Shown: positions 25,942-47,823 of the stretch, in pieces | Position numbering within the stretch: the first letter of the stretch is position 1 | Layout: every line of letters begins with the position of its first letter | Source: Salpingoeca rosetta | Lineage: Eukaryota > Protista > Choanoflagellata | Direction of reading: 5' to 3' | NCBI GenBank assembly: GCA_033442325.1 | Contig: JAWQFM010000013.1 | Location: 1,024,885-1,088,884, forward strand | DNA length: 64,000 nucleotides | Position numbers and translations under genes: made by a program | Notes under the pieces: generated by a model | What the model was told of the DNA's origin: nothing | The model's input: the letters and a program-made list of their open reading frames with translations, nothing else | The model's database searches: none

Positions 25942-27093
25942 GGCTGGTTGTCGGTGCAACACCTTGCTTCACAAAAGAGGAAGAAGAAGAAGAAGAAGAA
26001 CTGTGCGCTGGCGGGTGGCTGGAAGTCACGCAGTTCAAATCGGGGGGTCTTGGTGGTTCTTGGTGCGTTGGATGACAGCTGAGAAAATGAACATCTCATC
26101 CACATCCAATCCACATCAACATCCATCCAGCCAGCTGAGATTGGGGAGCTGATGGCGTGCGGTGGAGAAAGCAGGCGAGGAGAGACACGCTTGGGCCTTC
26201 TCGCTGGAGGGATGGCACGCACTCACTGTCGATGCCAAAGGTGCGTGCTGGGCGTTCCCCTTCCAATGCCGCTTGCCGGTACTGCACCCTGCTCACAACA
26301 GCATCAGTAGGCTCGGTGTGCACGAGCTGGGAACTGAAGCATCGCCTGCTGCACGTTCCCAGGCAATCAATCAAAGTGAATGAGAAAGAGGGGGCAAGTG
26401 AATGAGAAAGAGGGGGCAAGCGAATGAAGGTCCGTGTGAGTCTGTACAGAATGATAAAGTGCGAGTGAAAGTGAGAGTGAGAGGAAGAGTGTGGGGCATG
26501 ANNNNNNNNNNNNNNNNNNNNNNNNNNNNNNNNNNNNNNNNNNNNNNNNNNNNNNNNNNNNNNNNNNNNNNNNNNNNNNNNNNNNNNNNNNNNNNNNNNN
26601 NATGTGCACACACCATCAGTGTGTGTGTGTGTGCATGTGTGTGCGAACCATCATGCTTCACATCACCCACACACCACCCACACAACTGCAACTCAAGAAG
26701 CGCTGCTGCTGGTTGCTTGCTCGCTTGTTGTTGGTGCGTGTTGGTTGTTGTTTTGGGTTTGTTCGTGCTGTCCTTCCGATCGCCGTTTTGTGAAAATCTT
26801 CAAGCAATCCTCCACAACCGCACCGGCAAAACAAGAGCGGAAGAAGACCTTGTTCTCCTCGCTTGGCTTGACTGGATTGGCTGGCTTGGTGTCTCTTCAC
26901 CCTTCCACCATCCCACCTCCGCGTCTCCAACGTTCCCCTAACGCCTTCACTGGGCTCGCTCGCTCGCTCGCTGAATCGCTGTCTCCCGCACGAACCGCGC
27001 ACCATGCCCGTCAATCATGCCTTGACTTTTGAAATTGCGAGCGAGTGTCCAATTAGAGTGTTGTACTTGTGCCAGCACACGTGCTGTCGAACA

Positions 27094-35125
<8,032 letters not shown>

Positions 35126-35388
35126 CCTTGCGACCGGAGTGTGATGCGAGAGAGGGGCGCTGCGGAAGTTTGGTTGGTGTCCTGCCTTTGTGCCTTTTGT
35201 TGTGGTGGTGTGTGTGTTCGTTGTGGCCTGCTTGGCGACCGTTTCTTGCGACTGAATTCAGTCGCCAGCGATCCATGCGCTTAATTTGCCTTGTTGCTTG
35301 CTCTTCAGCCTTCACTTCTTCACACATCACCCCTCCCACAACAACAGATATCAACCTTGTTGAGTGAGGCGGAGACACGACGCCAGCG

Positions 35389-37524
35389 ATGCAGCAGCTG
35401 ATGTCAGTGGCATTGGTGCTGGTGGCCTTTGTGGCCCATGCACCAGTGATCACCGCACAGCAGTGCCCATTCTTTCCCGATGGTCGGCAACCACAGAGGC
35501 AACCAACCCTTGGAAACTGCACCCACTACATCGAGTCTGCGTGTTGCACACGGGTGCGACTGCTCTGTGTGTGTGCATGTGTATGTGTGTATGTGTGTGT
35601 ATGTGTGTATGTGTGTATGTGTGTGTATGTGTGTATGTGTGTGTACGTGCGTAAGTGTGTTTGCATTGTGTGTGTGTGTGTGTGTGTGTTTGCGTGTTTG
35701 CATTGTGTGTGTGTGCGTGTGTGTTCAATCGTCGCTGCACCACTCTCCCATCAAAGTACGTTCTCACATGCTTGCGATCACGCCCCTCCCTCCTCCTTCC
35801 AGGCTGAGGTGTCGTCTGTGTTTGCGGAGCTGCCGCGGCTCAAGGCACCAAAGAACAAGAAAGATCCTTCAGAGTGCTATGCAGAAATGAACAACCTGCT
35901 GTGCTACTTCTGCTCTCCTGCGCAGAGCGATTTCTATCGCGAGGGCGTCCCCGTCGTCTGTGAGCGCATGTGCAACCGCGTGTACCGGCGCTGCAAGCGC
36001 TTCTCCGTCAACGGCGTCAAGATGGAGGACGCTTACTCCAGTGGCACCAAGTTCTGCGAGGCTCAGGTTCGTCACACGTGTGCGTATGTGTGTGTATGGG
36101 TGCGTGCGTGTGTGTGTGTGGGTGTGTGTGGGTGTGTGTGTGGGGGGGGGGATACAGGTGCGGGCGCGTGGTTCAGACAGACACACACACACACATGCAC
36201 ACGCACACGCCCACGTACGAGCAAACCAGTTCATTGTGCGGGTCAGCGGCGCTCGTGTGTTGATCTCATGCGCTACGAAAAAACCAGTCACCGATCCTCA
36301 AATGTGTTGCTTGCTGCTTGCTGTGGTCGCGTGCCTGTGCAGGGGTTCATCGTGGATTCCACGCCTCTGGCAGATGTCCCGCGCGGTGTACCCGTGTACT
36401 CCACGTGTCACATCTACCTTGACGCGGCGTCGGCCGTGCATCCCTCCATCATGCTGCTTGCCGCCGTCTTGCTCGTCTCCATCGGCAATGCGTGCGGGCT
36501 TGGATCTTCCTCAGAGAGCAATGACGAGGCAGACAAGGCCGCAGAATCCAAACGCACGCGCCAAGGCACACCCAAATACACACCTGCACCCACACGCGCA
36601 CCCACACGGTCACTTCCTTCGGCAGCCAGTACCGCACGGGCTTCTGCTTCGATCAACACCACGAGCATCATGCGAGCCAGCGTTGCCGTCGCAGTGCTCG
36701 CACTCGCGGTGCTGTGCAGCGTGCCGTCGGCAACGGCGCAGACAGACACGGTTGATGATGCGGATATGGTGGCGTGGGCGGCAGGCGTGGCGCAGCAGCT
36801 GCACACGATGCGCTCGCAGGGCACGGCCGCAAACCACCTGCAGAACACCATCGACACAGGTGTGTGTTGTTGTTGTGGTGTTGTGTGTTGTTGCATGTGT
36901 ATGTGTTTGTGGCTGTGGATGTGTGTGTATGTGTATTGGGGTGTGTGCAGTTGAGAGCGAGGCAAAAGCCGCATTGCGTGAGCCGCTACTCCCATGTGCA
37001 CTCTCACGCGTGCGCTCGCGCTGACGCATACGTTCACACACTGACACCACCCCCTCCCCCACCTTCATCACCTCTGCTCCGTAGCCAACTACACGAAGGA
37101 GACGATTGATGCGGGCGCACGTGCGCGCATGGTGGCGGACCGCCTGAGCGATTTCTTCACACGGAAGGAGGCGCTTGCACGCAACCTCGCTGCAGCCGCA
37201 GCAGACGCATACATGTGCGTAGCACGCATGCATGTGGCGCGTGACCGTGAATGTGTGTGATTGTGTGGTTTGAATCCGCTTCAACGAACAATCAATACAC
37301 ACAGCTCTCACATCGCACCCACTCCGCTGTCTCTTATCCCCCCCATCGGTTGTTGTAACTTCCTCTCCTCCGGCCGTTGGTGTCTGTGCAGGCGCCATAA
37401 GCAGAATCCCGTTATTCTCGAGCAGTACGCAAACGTCGACCTGCCCGAATCCCTCCCAGACCTCACATTCAGCCCTTTCTACAAGGTTGCTTGCTTGCTT
37501 ATTTGGTTGGTTGGTTGGTTGGTT

Positions 37525-37580
<56 letters not shown>

Positions 37581-37772
37581 CCCCCTTCTCTCTGTGTGTC
37601 TCATGGTATGCTCACCACACCCTCTGCCACCCTGCTGTGACACCATCATCACCACCACCAGACGAATGTGTCGTTTGCCCAGAGCGGCACAAAGGTCGCC
37701 ATTGATGAGCCGCAGCCCTCCCAGGCCGTCGACTCGGACATCGCGTGGACAGCCGGGTACGTGTTGTGTGTG

Positions 37773-37868
<96 letters not shown>

Positions 37869-40194
37869 AAGGGGTGGGATTGCAAATGTGTTGAGAATAA
37901 GCGACTGTCTGCTGCTCGCTGCCTTCTCTCTGCACATGTTCACCTGTCCATCCCCGCCACTGCAACCAACACGATGACAACGACCACGGTATCTGGTGCC
38001 ATCAGGCTGGACGGCGATGGCGTGTTCACGCGCAACATGCAAAACGATAGCGACATTCGCTGGCAGTATGTCGGCACAGAGCGAGGTACGTGGTGGTGGC
38101 GGTGGTGGTGATGGTGATGTTGCGGACGGTTGCAGTTGTGCTCGCGTGTGTGAACTTGCTTGATGACGGACGGCGCCCGAACGAAACATGCACATATGTG
38201 AATTTGCACAACACAGGACACGCAACACACACGCACACACAAGCAAACACAAGCAAACACAAGCAAACACAAGCAAGCAAACAAACAAACAAACAAACAA
38301 ACAAACAAACAAACAAACAAACAAACAAACAAACAAACAAACAAACAAACACACACACACGCGCGCGCGCGCACGCACACAACCGACACCACACCTCCTT
38401 CTACCTGCTCATTCCTTGCATCGCATCACATGGTGTGCTGCTGCAGGCGTGTTTCGGCAGTTCCCAGCGCGGCTGTGGGACACGAACTTCATTGGCTTTC
38501 CCCTCGACTTTGACCCGCGGTTCCGCCCCTGGTACCTCGCCACCCTCTCCGGCCCAAAGGATATTGTGAGCGCTCCCACTGCATGCATGCCTGTTTTGTG
38601 TTGGTGTGTTGGTTGGTGGAAGGGCCAAAGTCTGCCTTGTCTTTGCGGGAGCATTCCTTTCCCTTTGCGTTCAACGTGTCCTCGCTCACACACACACACA
38701 CACACACATACACGCACACGCACGCACACACACACGCACGCACTGCCCTCCAGGTGATTGTGCTGGACTGTTCGCGGTCGATGCGCGGGGACAAGTGGAA
38801 CGATGCCGTGGCCATGACCAAGTTCCTGGTGAACAGCCTGAGCCGTGACGACCGTTACAACGTCGTCTGCTTTTCTTCGAGTCACAAGGACTACAACGAC
38901 AACTTCGTCTACCGCAGGACAGGTGCGGTGGCGCTGGGATGAGATGACAGGGGATTGCATGGACAGAAATGTGACGAAGCGTTGTTGGTGGTGGAATGTT
39001 GAACAGCTGCTTGTATGCATTCTCATAACACACACACGCACACAATCCCACACACAATCCCCCCCCCCCACACACACACACAATCCCACGGCAGAGGTGC
39101 TGAGCTGCCGCAAGCACGAGCTGCTGCGGGGGACGTCGTCCAACAAGGAGGACACGTTCACGCGCCTGGACGGTTACACCCCGGCCGGCGGCACAGACCC
39201 GCTCACAGGCATCCAGGTAGAAGGGGGCAGGGGGTGCGGGTGGGGGCTGACTTGAGGAGGGGATTGTGTGTGCATGTGTGTGTGTGTTTCGACGATTTTG
39301 CACCGATTTTGACGCCTACCTATGCCGTCGTGCTACCACTAACACTCACATAACAATCACACACGCATCCTCACGCAACACACACACACACTCACTCACT
39401 CACTCACACGTCACACGTTGTGCAGGTTGGGTTCCGGCTGCTCCGCGGCGAGTGCAACGGGCTGGACACGGACTGCCCCATGCGCGATCCACCACGCACC
39501 GGTGCGCTGTCGCTGTTGTGCTCTGTGATGGTGTGATGGTGTGATGGTGTGATGGTGTGATGGTGTGATGGTGTGATGGTGTGATGGTCGGGGGGTCATG
39601 GCTGCATGCATGCATGCATGCATGCATGCATGGTGTGGAATGAAGGGGCAAGTTGGAGATGGTGTGTATGGATGGTGTTCATACGTGTTTACATGCACGC
39701 CAACGTTCATGCGACTTATCACTCACCTTGCGCGATGGCATTCAACACTGCCACCGTGACCATGAACGTCACCACCACCACCACCATCATCGTGGTCGTC
39801 GTTGTCGTGGTCGTTGCGTGTGTGCTGGCGTGTGCAGACTGCCAGCGGTTGATGGTGTTTCTCAGCGACGGAAAGGATCGCGATAACGAAGTCCGATGCG
39901 GCCGTGGTCAGTCAACACAACAAGTGGAAGAGGGCTGTGTGTGTGTGTGTGTGTTTGTGGTTGTGTGTGTGTGTATGGTTGTGTTTGTGGCTGTGTGTGG
40001 TTGTGGCTGTGTTTGTGGTTGTGTGGACTCCCTTGATTGCGCCCACTTCATCAACCCATCTATCACCGCCGCCACCACCCACACCAGGGCGATACTACTA
40101 CACGCGCAACGGTCGTCAGTACGATCCACCACCGCTCTGCCAGTTCAAGTGGGACGACACATTCGAGTGAGTCTTTGCGTGTTTTGTGTGTGTC

Positions 40195-40265
<71 letters not shown>

Positions 40266-41376
40266 GTGTTTTGTGCGAGTCTTTGCGTGTATTGTGTATT
40301 GTGTGTGTGTGTGTGTGTGTGTGTGTTGGAGTTGCGCTTTTCATGTGTCTGTCAATTCAAGGCCAACACTTACGCATGACGTGCCCTACCACCACCACCA
40401 CCACCGCCAGCTATGTGCGGAACAACGCGGGCGACATCCGCATCTTCTCCTTTGGTCTCTCGACGTCGCGCAACCCGGTCTCATCCCCACGCGACGGCGA
40501 CGAGCTTCCAGGCACCGTGAGTCAACGCACCGAGTGGCAAGAGGCAGAGCCGGGGGGGGGGTGTAGGGGGTTGTTTCTGAGTTTGGTTGTTTGTTAGGTT
40601 GTTTGGTTGTTGTTGTTATTTACATGTCCCCTGGTCCATTTACCCCTCCCTCCCTCCCTCCCTCCCTTGTCACGCGCGTGTCTGGTAAGCGCTGGTTGTG
40701 CTCTTCACCTTGCTCCGATTCACCACCACGGTTGCCCCGCCCCATGCCTTTCCTTCGCCGCTGCGTTGCTTCGTTGTGCTGCAGGTTGCGTGCAGCGCCA
40801 AGGGGACGTACACGTATGTCTACAGCGACCGCGGCCTTTATCAGACCATGGGCGACTACTTTGACTACATTACACGCAGCACCGACATTGCAGGGGTACG
40901 TTGAAGAGGATGGGGGAAGGCAGGAGAGGAGAGGAGAGGAGCATGCGCGCGCGCGCGTGTGTGTGTGTGTGTGCGTGTGTGTGTGCGTGTGTGCATTTGT
41001 GTGTGTGTATGTGTGTGTGCGTGCGTGTTGTGCTGGTCAGGGGTGCAAATCACACACCATCAATAGTCCTTGAACAACACCATCCTCATGGGCACCTGCT
41101 GTGTTCTTTCCACACCGTTCCACCACCACCATCACCTCAACCCCCTGTTGCCAGCTTGCGTGGAGTGCGCCGTACATTGATGCGCTCGGGCTTGGTCTGC
41201 TGATGACCGTCTCTGTGCCCGTTCTCGACCCGGACACGAACGACGTTGTCGCTGTTGCGGGCATCGACGTGTCGCTGGAGACCATCGAGGATCTTCTGAT
41301 GGAGGAGCAGTGGGGCGAGGTGCGCTGCTGTACTTGGTGTGGGGGAGAATTTGTGTGTTCTTGCTTGCTTGCTTGC

Positions 41377-41438
<62 letters not shown>

Positions 41439-41946
41439 CTATCCGTGTGGTTGTGTGTGGTTCGTGTAGAAGCATGCGTGTTCGTCAGCTGTTATGTTTG
41501 GCATGCATTCTCTCGCCTCATGCCTTCTTGACCTGTTGTTCGCTTGCCCCGCCCACGTACCTTCCATTTCATTCCAATCCTTCCGACCCTACTCACCACC
41601 ACCACTCACCCCCCCCCCCCCCCAAACAAACAATCGCCACCCTGTCGTCAGGTGTACGGGTTCCTTGTTGACGACACCGGCGATACGGTCCTGCATCCCC
41701 AGCTGCGCCCCGCCGCCGATCTCAGGGACGACCCCGTTTTTCCGGACATTCGCGAGCTCGAGCAGACTTACGACGTGGGTGGTCGTCGTAGTTGTGCTGC
41801 TGCTGTTTGGTGTGGTTGCTGGTGTGAGCGGCAAGCGGTGCATTGTGGCATGCATCTGCCCGTGACCAGACACACAGGCACATTTCCGCACACGTGCACA
41901 TATATTTGCAATGTCTCACTCTCATCCCTCCTGCGCCCCTACAACA

Positions 41947-41980
<34 letters not shown>

Positions 41981-42275
41981 CACTCTCTACCATATCCCAC
42001 CCGTGACAGCTTGACCAGCAGCGGTTTGTGCCTGTGGAGTTTGATCCCGTGCGCGAGCTCTTTGCCAAGAAGAAGAACGGCTCCGTCTTTGTTCCAAATG
42101 CACAGCGCGTCATTCCCCAGGGCGACAGGCAGGCCGGCGTCAACATCTACACGTCAGTGTGGGGCGTGGTATTGCGTGGCAATTGTGTGGTTGATGTGGC
42201 ACCGCATGGAACCTTTACGCTTCGTTCACACGCACACATCACAATGCATTGTATCGGCGCGCGCACGCCTCACAC

Positions 42276-42328
<53 letters not shown>

Positions 42329-42372
42329 TGTTACCCACAACCCCCTCACTATCAGATCCCGACACAGACACG

Positions 42373-42452
<80 letters not shown>

Positions 42453-43308
42453 CACACACCACAACGCATTGCATGCACACACCTCACTCACACACACACA
42501 CACACACACACATGCTCACACACCTTACAACATAATAGTGAGCCGACGACGTACTACGTGCAGCCGATTCCTGATTCGGAGCTGCTGTTTGGCTTTGCTG
42601 TTCCGCTGAAGGATGTTGAATTTGAATTTCCCGGCATCCCGCCCGTCTCGCGGGAGTACTACCAGCACCACATGCGCCTCTACGACCAAACATACCGCAC
42701 ACAACTCGCCGACCGCGGCCTCATCATCACCACGTCAGACACGGTGCGTGTGTTGTGGGGTGGTGTGTGTGTATCTGTGTCTGTGTCTGTGTCTGTCTGT
42801 CTGTATGTGGCTGGCTGGCTGGCTGGTGCTCTTTTCTCGTGCATGCGTGTTTCGGTTTCTTCGTGACCGATCCCACAGCCATGGTTCATCTGCATCCTTC
42901 ATCATGTTGCATTGACAGACAAACATCACTGCGCCGTCCCACTACGCCGCAAAGTACCAGCAACTCAGCGTTGAGTTTACCGGCAACGACCCCGTCTAGT
43001 GCGTACACAAATGCGTGTTTGCGATTGTGTGTGTGTGTGTGTGTCGAGATATGCGAATTTATTCCGGTGATCCTGTGTAATTGTGCGTGTGATTGTGTGT
43101 GCGTGTGCGTGTGTGTGTGTGTGCGTGTGTGCGATTGTGTGTGCCTTGCAACGATGCTCAATGACATTATCCATGCGCGCCCGTGCAGTCCTTCCCTGTA
43201 CATTTCGCGGGAGCACGCGACATTCAAGCTTGCGGCCGAATCATACTGTGACTCTGTCAAGTCAGTGTGTGCGTATGCATACGTGTGTTGTGTTTCCTTG
43301 TGTTGTGC

Positions 43309-43339
<31 letters not shown>

Positions 43340-44238
43340 CGTATGCAAGTGGTGCCGCGGCGGTGTTCGTGGCAATTTTCAGTCGCCCTCGTCGCTCGTA
43401 ACGGCGCCACCCCACCTGCAATCGTTCACGTGTATGTCTTGGCCGTGCCCTTGTGCTTGCTGCAGATACATCAATCACATCAACGATCCAGAGTATTTTG
43501 ACAACACCGAGCTCTTCATCCACACAACGGACACAAACAACACAGGTGTGCGTATGTGTGTGTGACAAGACCATGTACTCGGGCGTCACTGCTTTTGCCA
43601 CTGTCACTGCTGCTTCCACTACCACTGCTGCTGCTGCTGTACTCCCTCGTTCACACCGCCGCCATCACTGTTGTGTCCGCCATCTCCGTACATGTGCAGT
43701 GTTTGAGGACTGCCCCGCCGGCTTCTTTGAGATGGGCGTGGTTGCGGACGTGCGGCTCGTGCAAGGCATCGAAGGTAGCGCGATTGCTGTTGCTCCTGCT
43801 GCTGTTGTTCACGGCCGTGTGCCCTCAGTGCTGTCGTTCTCCTCTGTGTCTTCCATTCTCTCTTGTCCTTTCTTACTACCGTTGCCCCGCCCCCGCTTCA
43901 CCCTGTCACCATCACCGGCACACCACACCACCATTCTCGCCACCCGCAGACGAGTGGAAGGGTGCGCCGAGTGACGTGATCTGGTCGTATGTCGGCACGA
44001 CGACGGGCGTGTCGCTGTTTCTGCCCGGACACCGTCTTCCGCACCGCTACGATCCGCGCACTCGCCCATGGTGAGCAGGAATGATTGTGAGAGCGAGAGG
44101 GGCGTGATTTAGGGACGCTTGTGCTGTGCAGCGGTGTTGTTTCGTCACCTAACCCCCTTTATCACTTGCTCGCCACTTTCGCCCTGTCCTCACATCATCG
44201 TTCCCACATGATGTTCACACACAAACACGTGCTCACCG

Positions 44239-44299
<61 letters not shown>

Positions 44300-44439
44300 C
44301 CCTCGTCATTGCTGCCACCAGGTACCATCAGGCGTACAGTCTGCAGAACAGAGCCGTGCCGACGATTGTCACTTCTCCGTATCTCGACGTCTCTGGCAGC
44401 GGCAAAATCATCACCATCGCCACAACCGTCTTCCAGGTG

Positions 44440-44489
<50 letters not shown>

Positions 44490-45979
44490 TGATACAACAG
44501 CACGCGCATTGCTGCTTGCTTCGATGTCCCTTCTCGTTTACTTATTTCCATATTCTTACTCGCTGTATTTCCCGGCTTTAGTCCAAAGCAAACATCACCC
44601 AGAAGGCCTGCACGACGTATCTCGACTGTTGCGAGGTCGATGGAGACTGCAGGTGTGTGCGTGCGTGTGTGTGTGTGTGTGTTGCACACTAAAATGCTGC
44701 TTCTTTGTCACTTGTTTCTGCCCCAGTACCACCGTCACTTTCTCCATCCTCACCATCACCATCACCATCATCACCACCATCATCACCGCCGTGCCATGGC
44801 CACTGGCAGGCTGTCGTGCTACAACGTGGATGGCCCGTGTCTTGGGTCGCAGGTCGGGTGCACGTGCAGTGCCGACAGCATCCACTCTGTTGCCGCCGTC
44901 GACGTGACATACGAAACGTTCCACCAGATTGTGGAGGACGCCGTGCCTGCATGCACGCAGTCATCAACAACGTGAGGCCAATGGGAAAGGGCGAAGGGTG
45001 TGTTTGTGTGGCTGTGTGTGTGTGTGTTGAGGGGGATTTACATTTGCTTAACGATACATATTCGCGGGTGTGTGCGAGGTTTTATTTTGCTTGCAGGCCT
45101 CCCTGTCCTATCTCTTTTTGCCATTGCACTCGTGTCTCTATGCTATCGCTCATCCCACCCCGCACCATCACCACCATTGCGTGTCGTCAGTCGGTGCTTT
45201 GTGATTGACTCTGGCGGGCTGCTCGTGTACGACGCCGAAATCGCCGATGCGCTCGACGGCTCCACCCGGTGAGACGAACGGCCCATGGCGTGGAAGGATC
45301 GAGGGGGGTGGTTTAACAGTGGTAGGGGTGGTGTCTGTGTGCGTGCAACGAACAGCAACGACAACAGCGACTGTTGTTGATTAGCCACTCCTTCTTGTTC
45401 GATCAACCAGACTTGCACTCACTCGACCCAACCATCAAACACCTCACACGCCATATCTTCATCACACACACACACTTCTCACACACACACACACACACAC
45501 ACTTCACACACACACACACACACTTCTCACACACACGACACTTCTCACCCCTTCCACCCCCTCCACCGCCAGGAGCTATGAGCGGATCAGCGTTGCGCGG
45601 CGGGACGGGAGCGTAATGCGGCACCTGGTCGCTGAAGGCGTCCTCACCCGCGACGACTACGTCGACTACCAGGTGGGCGGGGGAGACAGGATGTGTGGAT
45701 GAGGAGGAGGAGGAGGAGGAGGAGGAGGAGGAGGAGGTGGTGGTGGTGGTGGTGGGGAATGCGTACACAAGGGGTTGCAGTGCATGAGTGAACGCTGCAG
45801 TGCATGAGTGAACGCTGTTCTTGTTTCAGTTCATGTGCGTTTCGTGCTTTGCCATGCGCTCACACTGCGCACTGTGCTGTTGGTTGGACTGCATCCACCT
45901 GCATTCATGTGCATCGAAATGCGAACACGTGTGGACATGTGCGTGCGTGTGTGCATGTGCGTGTGTGTGTGTGCATGTT

Positions 45980-46010
<31 letters not shown>

Positions 46011-46253
46011 CGTTAGGGCGAGTGCAGTTCCACGCGTCCGTTTGACCGGCTGTCTGTGAAAGGGCTGCGGGAAGGGCTGCCCCCACGTGACGCCGACGTC
46101 TACGACAAGTTCCGCGGACCCCAGCCACGGTCAGTTTGGTGTGGTGGTGAAAACAGTAGGTGAAGGAGCGGGGGGGGGGAATATGTGTGTGAGTGTGTGT
46201 GAGTGGGTAGGGAACGCTAGCTGGTGTGATATCACATGTGCGCGCGCGCGTGC

Positions 46254-46346
<93 letters not shown>

Positions 46347-46740
46347 TGTATGTGTGTATCCTTGTCTGGCAGCGCCCTCCATGCGTGCATTTTCTTTTCA
46401 AACCTCCTCCTTTCTTTGCCTGTAGCAAGTTCACCTTCGACGCTTGTCACTTGCCACATTCACTTGCTCCACTCATTCACCCACTCACCCTCCTCTTCTT
46501 CGGCCACTGTCGCTGGTTCCAGCCACGACTTTCTGTACACGTGTGTGAACGACGTCATCGCATACACGGCGGTGCGCGACGCGCTTCCTGTCGGCACCGT
46601 CAGCTCGGGCTCAACCCAAGCCAACCCCTGTCTCCAGTCCCAAGACATGAAGGTATAGTAATGTGGTGATGTGTAGTGAAGTGTGTGTGTGGGGGGGTGT
46701 GGGTGTGTATTTGCTGCTGCTGCTGCTGCTGCTGCTGCTC

Positions 46741-46771
<31 letters not shown>

Positions 46772-46805
46772 CTTGCACGCTTGCTGAATCGCCACCACTT
46801 GACCC

Positions 46806-46857
<52 letters not shown>

Positions 46858-47423
46858 CTCACTGTTTGCAGATCACGCCCATCCCCAACACGAACCTGTA
46901 TCTTGTGGTGGCGTACAACCGACGGGAAGAGTCGACGCCGATGCCCTTCAACTGCCACATCTTCAACAGGTGCGGTGGGCACTGGCCTGAGCTTCTGGGG
47001 CTTCATGCCATCCAAGTGTGCGCGCACACATGGTTTGCAGTCTGCAAAGTTGAAAGGAGCTCCTTATTACTTGTCACTTACTCACTGTTTCGCTCGCACT
47101 GTAATACGCTTACTCCCTGTTATTCACACACTGTAATACACGTACGCACTGTTGCACCAACTCACGCAAACATCCTGCACGCACTTGCACAATTCATTCA
47201 CCACCCCAGGGCGGTGGACTCTGGCGCGTTCCAGATTGTGAACGGGACGTGTGCTGCTGCAATGACGGAGGAAGAGCCAACCCTGCGCGAGCAAGAGATG
47301 TGCCCTGCACTGTACCCCGTCACCCTGGAATGCAGTTTCAACGCCGCCTCCCACACCACACCGCCACCGCTTGTGTTGTTTTCCTCGCTGCTCGTCGCTG
47401 TCCTCTTCCTGCTGTGCAACTGA
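35389..47423 (+). CDS. CACHD1/alpha2delta-like vWA + dCache cell-surface protein, preceded in frame by a folate-receptor-like cysteine-rich domain
   Basis: [14 protein letters not shown]; [24 protein letters not shown] (MIDAS); VFLSDG; [27 protein letters not shown]; [15 protein letters not shown]; [25 protein letters not shown]; [16 protein letters not shown]; [11 protein letters not shown]; [13 protein letters not shown]; C-terminal GPI-like signal [27 protein letters not shown]. The N-terminal region has ACCT..CYFCSP..VCERMC..VYRRC. Confidence 0.9.
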
Positions 47424-47563
47424 GCGAATATTGTGTAAAGATTTCCCCCAATTGTCCACAACCCACGTGTTTGGAGTCAAAGAAGAGCAAACAGGCGATC
47501 AGCCACGCGCACACAGCACACGCACACGCACACGCATCACAACACACGCACCACACGCACATC

Positions 47564-47774
47564 ATGGAGCTGGATCGGCAGTCAAAGGTGGTGGACGCAG
47601 ACGCGTTGAGCAAGTACAGGGCCGCGGCAGCCATTGCCAACGACTGTGTTCAGCAGCTCGTGGCCAACTGCATCGCTGGCGCAGACGTGTACACCCTCGC
47701 TGTTGAGGCAGACACATACAGTGAGTGCTTGAGTGTGTGGGGGGGGGGAGAGATTTACGTGTGAGTGAGTGCTT

Positions 47775-47823
<49 letters not shown>

